Shown here: positions 58,036 through 64,000 of the stretch, one piece after another
Layout: each line of letters begins with the position of its first letter
How positions within the stretch are numbered: position 1 is the stretch's first letter
Origin: an uncultured Candidatus Saccharibacteria bacterium
GTDB lineage: Bacteria > Patescibacteriota > Minisyncoccia > SW-4-49-11
Length of the DNA stretch: 64,000 nucleotides
Assembly: GCA_964633865.1 (NCBI GenBank)
Contig: CAZWIJ010000003.1
Coordinates: 40,656 to 104,655 of the forward strand
Direction of reading: 5' to 3'
Program-made: the position numbers and the translations under genes
The notes under the pieces: model-generated
Databases searched by the model: none
What the model saw: only the letters and a program-made list of their open reading frames with translations
Told to the model about the DNA's origin: nothing

Positions 58036-60804
58036 TTGAACTTATTCAGGTTCAACCCGAATGCTAAAGTTCTAATAATTGTGGGTGTAAGATCTAATCT
58101 TCTTACTCAAAATCTAAAAATTATCAGAAATCAATTTGATAATCAAGGATTAAGATCCGTATCTACGGGTATAATGAAATCCGATACCAATTACACCATT
58201 AATTTAGTGACTTGGCAAGGTTTAAATTCTTTATACAAAAAAGATTTAATACAAGATTATTGGTTTGATCTCGTGGTTGTAGATGAATTTCATAATGCTG
58301 GCACAAATCGCCGATTAGAAATTCTATCAAGCTTGAAAAAGACTAATGTTGTTGGTATGTCCGCAACTCCAGTCAGAGCAGGTGGATTATATTTAAATCC
58401 TGAAGACTATGGATTTAAACTAATTTATCAACACTCTTATGCTGATTGTATTAAAAGAGGTTTACTTACTCCTTTGTTCATTCAGGCTCGAGATACAGGA
58501 ATAACCTTATCTCCAAGAGTGGAAAGTAAGGATGGAGATTTAATCTCATATATTGTCAACAAAGAAGTTGCTGATAGTGGGATTATTTCTAGAATTTCTA
58601 AAGATCTTTTGAAAGAAGATTTACTTTTACAGGGAATAAAAACTCTGGTAATTGTTAATTCAAAAAAAGAAGCTATAGCGGTAAAAGAAATTCTTATTAA
58701 GAAATTTAAGACTGAAGTTTATATTTCTCATTTTTATTCTGAAGAAGAAGATAAAGAAATTTTGAGAAAATATGCTCTTCCAAAAGAGAATATTGAATCT
58801 TTGCAGATTTTAGTTTCTGTAAATCGGCTAATTGAAGGTTATGATAATCCTTTGATTCAAGCAGAAATCTGGATTAGTCCTACTAAGTCTAGTGTTAGAT
58901 TCTGTCAATACTTGGGAAGAGTATCAAGAAAAGCTCCTGGAAAAAATTTTAGTATCTTGATTGAATACCAATATCATATATTGGGTTCATCCTTACCTTA
59001 CAACTATACTAAATTTTTTAGTGAAGAAGAGTTAGAATGGGTAAATAATAATTGGGTCGCTATATGCCCCCAAAATAAATTAGAGAATTTATCTGAATTA
59101 GATGGAATTCTCAATAATTATAAAAGTATTTTCCCTGCCTTCACAAGAAATAGAAGTAAAGGAGATTATCCTCAAAATAAAGATTATTCAGTTATTCCAA
59201 ATACTTGGTATAGTATGGCTGGTATGACTTCTATCTTTGGACAAGGTGCCTCAGTAAAAGAAACTATTACAAATCTGTCTTCTCAATCTGAATTTCAAGA
59301 TAAATTTAAATTTGGTAAAAAAGCAGGACCTGGTAGTGGAATACCAACTATTTATTATTCTCCTGACTTTGTTCACAGATTATTAGAATTAGGTTTAACA
59401 ATTCAGATTCCCAGAGGCTGGTTTGATAAAGAATTTTTGAATGATCACTTTGATATCAAAGATTTAAGTGTGATCAAGGTTATGAATTTACTTTATGCAG
59501 AGTCTACTGAAGATCTTTACCTAAAGATTTTAGATCAAGGTTTGTATTCTAAAAAATTCATCCAAAGAATGCTTAATCTTTTACCAGTTAGTAAAATCAA
59601 GAATTTTTTTACTCAAAGAGAAATTTTTGAAATGGCATTAGAATTTGAGATGATCTCTATCTCGAGAGAATTCCTTGAAAAAGCAATCAATCTTAATCCT
59701 AATTTATGCTTCAAGAAATTTATTAACGGAAAAGAGGTGGATATTTTTCTTCAAGAAATTCTAAGGAAAGTTGAAAATCTTTTATTCAAAGCTAATTATA
59801 ATTTACTTATGATTAGTAATGAAATGATGAATAACCAAGATCTTTATGGAGGTATTTATTTAAGAGAAGAGCCAGAACCTTGGGAATGGACTTGGAAAGA
59901 AAACATTCCTAAATGGACTTGGGAAGATGAATTGGAATTTGATACAGAAATGTATGATTATTTTTATGAAGACATCTATGATCATCATTCTTTCAATCCT
60001 CCTGTCTTTGATTCAAAAGCTAAGTCAAAACCAGATTCAGAATTAGTCATTGCTAAGTCCATTGAGGGTTTTGATATCTTTTATAATGGTTTAGGTAAAT
60101 TAGTTTTTCCAGAATATTTTGAGTCTGGAAATTATGATTTGGACTTAGAAGAAAAACAAGATTTAGAAGAATTTAAGGAAAAAGTTTTAGAATATTTTTG
60201 TAAGCAACATACAGTGAATAATGCTGTTAGTACTTTAATTAAGTTATTACAAAAATATCCTCACTTAAAATCTTTTACTTGTGTTTTGAGTGAAGAAAAT
60301 ATTATTAATTTGAATACAAAATTAGTAGACGAGAATTTCTTAAATATTTCTATCAAGGATATTCCCATTTATAATATTCCTTTAAAATCTTCTTTGTCCG
60401 AAATAATTAATCCCAATATCTATAAAATTTATCATATCATATTATCTTTGGATACTTGGTCTGAATATATTATAGATACTAGTTTTGGTAAGATTTATCC
60501 CAAATGGTTGATTGAAATTATTAATGTAATTTATAAATTAACCATACTTGCTATCAAACATGGTTTTTATGATATTAAGAAAGTTAATAGAATAAGACCT
60601 ATTAAAACATATAAAAGCCACGAAAAAATTTATAAGGAGTTTTTTAATGAAAAAATTTATCAAAAAATTTCTTATACTAATAGCTGGAATACTAGAAAAA
60701 AGGAATGTTATTATGTTGATAGACAAGATGATTTACAAGAATTAATTTATTATATTCCAAATGAATTAATCTTAGGGAATTATATTCTTAAGAAAAAAGA
60801 CTAA
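58036..60804 (+). CDS. SF2 helicase-like protein lacking Walker A (motif I), fused to a ~600-aa C-terminal region of unknown function
   Basis: DEFH box VVVDEFHN (motif II), SAT-like GMSATP (III), helicase-C motifs VSVNRLIEGYDNP (V) and FCQYLGRVSRKA (VI). Only TTG at 58036 is available as a start; an in-frame TGA at 58012 excludes an upstream Walker A. The C-terminal 600 aa are W/Y-rich with no recognisable motif. Confidence 0.55.
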   Translation: MNLFRFNPNAKVLIIVGVRSNLLTQNLKIIRNQFDNQGLRSVSTGIMKSDTNYTINLVTWQGLNSLYKKDLIQDYWFDLVVVDEFHNAGTNRRLEILSSLKKTNVVGMSATPVRAGGLYLNPEDYGFKLIYQHSYADCIKRGLLTPLFIQARDTGITLSPRVESKDGDLISYIVNKEVADSGIISRISKDLLKEDLLLQGIKTLVIVNSKKEAIAVKEILIKKFKTEVYISHFYSEEEDKEILRKYALPKENIESLQILVSVNRLIEGYDNPLIQAEIWISPTKSSVRFCQYLGRVSRKAPGKNFSILIEYQYHILGSSLPYNYTKFFSEEELEWVNNNWVAICPQNKLENLSELDGILNNYKSIFPAFTRNRSKGDYPQNKDYSVIPNTWYSMAGMTSIFGQGASVKETITNLSSQSEFQDKFKFGKKAGPGSGIPTIYYSPDFVHRLLELGLTIQIPRGWFDKEFLNDHFDIKDLSVIKVMNLLYAESTEDLYLKILDQGLYSKKFIQRMLNLLPVSKIKNFFTQREIFEMALEFEMISISREFLEKAINLNPNLCFKKFINGKEVDIFLQEILRKVENLLFKANYNLLMISNEMMNNQDLYGGIYLREEPEPWEWTWKENIPKWTWEDELEFDTEMYDYFYEDIYDHHSFNPPVFDSKAKSKPDSELVIAKSIEGFDIFYNGLGKLVFPEYFESGNYDLDLEEKQDLEEFKEKVLEYFCKQHTVNNAVSTLIKLLQKYPHLKSFTCVLSEENIINLNTKLVDENFLNISIKDIPIYNIPLKSSLSEIINPNIYKIYHIILSLDTWSEYIIDTSFGKIYPKWLIEIINVIYKLTILAIKHGFYDIKKVNRIRPIKTYKSHEKIYKEFFNEKIYQKISYTNSWNTRKKECYYVDRQDDLQELIYYIPNELILGNYILKKKD

Positions 60805-60914
60805 TCTTTAATCAAAATTTATAAGCCTATTTAACTATAGGCTTTTCTTTTTTTAAAAGCTTTAGATTAAACTCTATTGACTGAAATACTATTTGATAGT
60901 ATTATATATTTATT

Positions 60915-60990
60915 CGGGGTGTGGCGCAGTGGCTAGCGCACCTGGTTTGGGACCAGGGGGTCGCAGGTTCAAATCCTGTCTCCCCGACCA
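60915..60990 (+). tRNA. tRNA-Pro (anticodon UGG), CCA encoded
   Basis: CGGGGTG...acceptor, anticodon stem CCTGG/CCAGG with loop TTTGGGA (TGG), T-arm GCAGG-TTCAAAT-CCTGT, discriminator A, then CCA. Confidence 0.85.
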
Positions 60991-60998
60991 CAACAAAT

Positions 60999-61033
60999 AA
61001 AAATAGATTGTAAATTTATACAATCTATTTTTT
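60999..61033 (+). terminator. Rho-independent terminator (perfect 14-bp stem AAAAATAGATTGTA/TACAATCTATTTTT with a 6-nt loop, then a T-run) directly 3' of tRNA-Pro
   Basis: Perfect inverted repeat seen directly; the T-run is contiguous with the 3' arm. Confidence 0.55.
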
Positions 61034-61042
61034 AATATTCAA

Positions 61043-61267
61043 CTACAATTTAAATTTGGATTCTTCAATTCTATCAACAAATAAAACTATCTTTATTATC
61101 CATAAACAACTAATAAAGTGAACCCAAAACAAAATTAAATATACACCCGACAAAATAATATCCTTAATATGATAATTTATTAATGCTATTATAAATGTAA
61201 CTAGTATTATTAATAAAAATAATGCCGTTGTTAATAATATATTTCTCAATGTTAATTGTATTAACAT
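61043..61267 (-). CDS. hypothetical small membrane protein (74 aa, 2 TM)
   Basis: Short hydrophobic ORF downstream of the ABC-F gene; may not be coding. Confidence 0.3.
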   Translation of the reverse strand: MLIQLTLRNILLTTALFLLIILVTFIIALINYHIKDIILSGVYLILFWVHFISCLWIIKIVLFVDRIEESKFKL

Positions 61268-61343
61268 AAAATACCTATATAAAATAACTTATGGATTCTA
61301 TCACAAATTATATCTTTTTACAATAGTTAATTCCTATAATTTT

Positions 61344-63080
61344 TTAAATCTTTGATTGTAGCTCATCTAAATAATTAGCAACCCTAACCCACATTTCTTC
61401 TTGTTTCATAAGTTCTAAACTAGCATTTGTATTAACTAAAATATCTTCTTTTTTAATTTTTGAAATTTTTCTCTCAATACTTTGTAATTCTTTTTTGACT
61501 TTATAAATCTCTTTTTGTAATTCTTTATTTTTACTAACATTTTTTACTTCGATATTCTGTTCTTTTACTTTTTCAGAATGATCTATATTTAACCTTTGGT
61601 CTAGGTTATATAAATATTCATTATATTTACCAGGATATTTACTAAATTTACCATCCCTCACTTCCCAAATAACATTAGCTAGAATATTAACAAAAGTTCT
61701 ATCATGAGAAACAAAAATCACAGTTCCATTGAACTCTTGTAAGGATCTAGCCATTATCTCAACTGTATCTACATCAAGATGGTTAGTAGGTTCATCTAAA
61801 ATCAAAACATCATAACTTCCTAAAAAAACACTAGCTAAATTTAATCGAGATTTTTCTCCTCCAGACAATACTCCAATCAACTTAGTCCAATCTTCTTTTT
61901 TGAAAAGGAAACTTCCCAAAGTAGATTTAACTTGTTCATCAGTAATCTCAAAAGCAATTTTTTGCCTAAAATAATCATAAATATTCACTTCATAAGGTAA
62001 TTCCTGTTCTATATGTTGCCCAAAATATCCAACATTCAAAGAATCTGTCCATTTGAATTTACCATCCAAAACCTCTAAATAGCCAGCAAGAGTCTTTAGT
62101 AAAGTAGACTTACCTTGTCCATTATCTCCAAGTACAGCTATTTTTTCCCCACGATTTATATCCAAATTAATTTCATCTGAAATAACTTTATTCTTATAAC
62201 CAATAGCCAAATTTTCTACTCTTAAAGCTAAACCATTTTTTGTAAAAACCTTAGGAATAAACATTCTGACTTTTGTATTAGAAACATAAACCTTGCTCTT
62301 TTCTTGTTCAAGTCTTTCTATATTTTTTTCTTTAGATTTGGCTTGCTTAGCTTTACTTGCCTTTGCACCAAATCTATCTACAAAACTTTGTAATTGAGCT
62401 TGCTTTTTATCAATATTTTGATTAACCTTGAGATTATGCTCTCTTTCTAACTCTTTTTTAGATAAATAAGTATCAAGATCTCCTTCAAAAGTCTTAATTT
62501 GCCCTTGCTCCACTTCCATAATAGCAGTTGAAACTTGCCTAATGAATTCTCTATCATGAGTAATCAAAAGAATAGTACCTTTAAAACTTTTAATCCAATT
62601 TTCTAAAAGTAAAATAGTAGACAAATCAAGATAATTAGTTGGTTCATCAAGTAAAATCAAGTTAGGATTAAGTAAGATCATAGACAAAATCTTTACTCTC
62701 ATCCTAAAGCCACCAGACAAAGATAATACTTCTTTATCAACCAAATCTTGAATTTGAAACTGATTAACTTGTTTTTTTATTTCCCAATCTGGAACTTTTG
62801 TCCACCTTAATAGAAAATCTAAGACTGAATCACCCTCTATAAAAGGATCTTCTTGAGGAATAAAACCTATCTTAGCAAAATTAGCTAAATTAATAACTCC
62901 ATCATCTTGTTCTTCCTTTCCTAATATAATTTTAAATAAAGTTGACTTCCCAGCACCATTAGCTCCAATAACTCCATATATATTATTTTCTAAAATAGAG
63001 GCATTAGCTTCATGAAAAATTTCTTTATTCCCATACATTTTATGTAAATTTTCAATGTGTATAATCTCTCTTTTCGCCAT
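61344..63080 (-). CDS. ABC-F family ATPase (two ABC domains, EttA/Uup-like)
   Basis: Walker A motifs GANGAGKSTLFK and GDNGQGKSTLLK, signature motifs LSGGFRMR and LSGGEKSR, an inter-domain linker and a charged C-terminal coiled-coil. 578 aa. Confidence 0.85.
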   Translation of the reverse strand: MAKREIIHIENLHKMYGNKEIFHEANASILENNIYGVIGANGAGKSTLFKIILGKEEQDDGVINLANFAKIGFIPQEDPFIEGDSVLDFLLRWTKVPDWEIKKQVNQFQIQDLVDKEVLSLSGGFRMRVKILSMILLNPNLILLDEPTNYLDLSTILLLENWIKSFKGTILLITHDREFIRQVSTAIMEVEQGQIKTFEGDLDTYLSKKELEREHNLKVNQNIDKKQAQLQSFVDRFGAKASKAKQAKSKEKNIERLEQEKSKVYVSNTKVRMFIPKVFTKNGLALRVENLAIGYKNKVISDEINLDINRGEKIAVLGDNGQGKSTLLKTLAGYLEVLDGKFKWTDSLNVGYFGQHIEQELPYEVNIYDYFRQKIAFEITDEQVKSTLGSFLFKKEDWTKLIGVLSGGEKSRLNLASVFLGSYDVLILDEPTNHLDVDTVEIMARSLQEFNGTVIFVSHDRTFVNILANVIWEVRDGKFSKYPGKYNEYLYNLDQRLNIDHSEKVKEQNIEVKNVSKNKELQKEIYKVKKELQSIERKISKIKKEDILVNTNASLELMKQEEMWVRVANYLDELQSKI

Positions 63081-63095
63081 AAAATTATTTCTTAT

Positions 63096-64000
63096 CTATT
63101 TTTTACTAAATCTTTTACTTTTAAAATAATTTAAATGTATCTTAGATTTATAAATAGAATCTTTTTTACTAAAATTTATTATCCAATATATAAAACCACC
63201 AAACACCACGAACATTAGTATACCATAATTTAGAAATTCTGCTATCATATGTAAATTAGTTTTAGAATAAGAATATACACACTTGTCATTCTCAGGTAAA
63301 TCAAATTTCTGCATACTATCTCTATAGAGAGAAGCTTTAATTTCACCCCTATTCTCACAAATAAATTTAAATTGAGGAGAATAAGGCTCTGCGACAATAA
63401 CCTCCTCTGATTCATCTGTATTTACAATCAAATTCCTACTAAAATCTTGATTATATTCATCCGAATGTAAATAAGACTTCACACCTCTTACTTCCCACAC
63501 AGTATAATGCCAATCTGAAGTAGTATGTACAAATTTCATTTTATTATCTTTTAATAATTCACAAGTAATCTTACTCCTATTAGTATTATCTTTCTCATCA
63601 GAGCAATAATCTTGAAAATCACTCGTAATAATATATTTTACATTATATTCTTTGAGATACTCCCATCTTTCTTTATTCGACATTTTATCTAGTACAAGAT
63701 TAAATTGATTAAAATTTCTCTGATCTTTAGCCAAAAATCTAGTATGAAGCCATGATCCATCATCGTCTTGAGTTAAATCTAGGATTCTATATTTTTGGTC
63801 TGGATTAAGGTTCATCATATAATCTTGTATCTCTTTCATACCAGGATAATGATAAGCTAGATCTGGGACAGTAACAAAAGTTTTCAAAATCCCTTTAGAA
63901 TAAACTCTAGCACTAAAAAATCCTCCCAATAAAAGAATGATACTACCGAAAACAACAATGTAACGAGAACTTTTCCATTTAACACTATTATAGACAAAAT
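63096..64000 (-). CDS. hypothetical protein with N- and C-terminal TM anchors and an extracytoplasmic middle domain (5' end beyond window)
   Basis: The minus-strand frame stays open from the track start (TTG at 63929) to the window edge. The upstream extension encodes a hydrophobic segment (...YIVVFGSIILLLGGFF), so the true N-terminus is outside the window. Confidence 0.45.
   Translation of the reverse strand, partial: FVYNSVKWKSSRYIVVFGSIILLLGGFFSARVYSKGILKTFVTVPDLAYHYPGMKEIQDYMMNLNPDQKYRILDLTQDDDGSWLHTRFLAKDQRNFNQFNLVLDKMSNKERWEYLKEYNVKYIITSDFQDYCSDEKDNTNRSKITCELLKDNKMKFVHTTSDWHYTVWEVRGVKSYLHSDEYNQDFSRNLIVNTDESEEVIVAEPYSPQFKFICENRGEIKASLYRDSMQKFDLPENDKCVYSYSKTNLHMIAEFLNYGILMFVVFGGFIYWIINFSKKDSIYKSKIHLNYFKSKRFSKK

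Noticed and set aside
1-64000. Alternative genetic code (UGA recoded, code 25/4) as in some candidate-phylum lineages
   Set aside because: Long uninterrupted ORFs with full-length homologues are obtained with the standard code, and TGA is used as a genuine stop (for example 37822-37824 ending the kinase gene in front of ogt).
1-64000. CRISPR arrays, rRNA genes, transposases or integrases, and prophage blocks
   Set aside because: No short direct-repeat/spacer array, no rRNA-like GC-rich conserved stretch, and no ORF with a DDE, tyrosine-recombinase or phage structural-protein motif was seen. The only tandem repeats are the protein-coding LRR and SBBP arrays.

Overview
The window is a 64 kb chromosomal segment from a very AT-rich, small-genome bacterium, read with the standard code 11. 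TGA is used as a stop (for example the kinase gene ending at 37822-37824), so this is not a code-25 lineage. Gene content is consistent with, but does not prove, a Candidate Phyla Radiation / Patescibacteria-like origin: a type IV pilin-like leader on a large surface protein, bifunctional PGI/PMI, a short 4-domain S1 protein, and an isolated RND exporter. Most of the window is densely packed housekeeping genes. These include a partial uvrD/pcrA, murJ, an RND exporter, an ABC exporter pair, mutM, map and adk, metK, mreB, mraY-like, hrcA-grpE, tyrS, lon, rpsA, ftsH, lepA, PGI/PMI, two ABC-F ATPases, glyQS, gmk, tatD, PBP1A and glycosyltransferases. There are five tRNA genes: Phe-GAA, Gly-UCC, Ser-GGA, Ile-UAU and Pro-UGG. 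No rRNA, CRISPR array, transposase or integrase is present. The parts that stand out are the accessory pockets next to tRNAs. (1) A 749-aa leucine-rich-repeat protein built from near-identical 66-bp tandem repeats, with strongly skewed strand composition, sits beside a tRNA-Ile carrying a UAU anticodon and a perfect 29-bp palindrome. (2) A 710-aa pilin-like protein with a 7x ~204-bp beta-propeller (SBBP-like) repeat array. (3) An SF2 helicase-like protein that lacks the Walker A motif and carries a ~600-aa domain of unknown function, next to tRNA-Pro. (4) A cluster of small secreted or unknown proteins plus a small-protein / P-loop kinase / Ogt operon flanking tRNA-Ser. Several strong Rho-independent terminator hairpins were located. 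All product calls rest on motifs read by eye and should be confirmed by HMM or BLAST searches.
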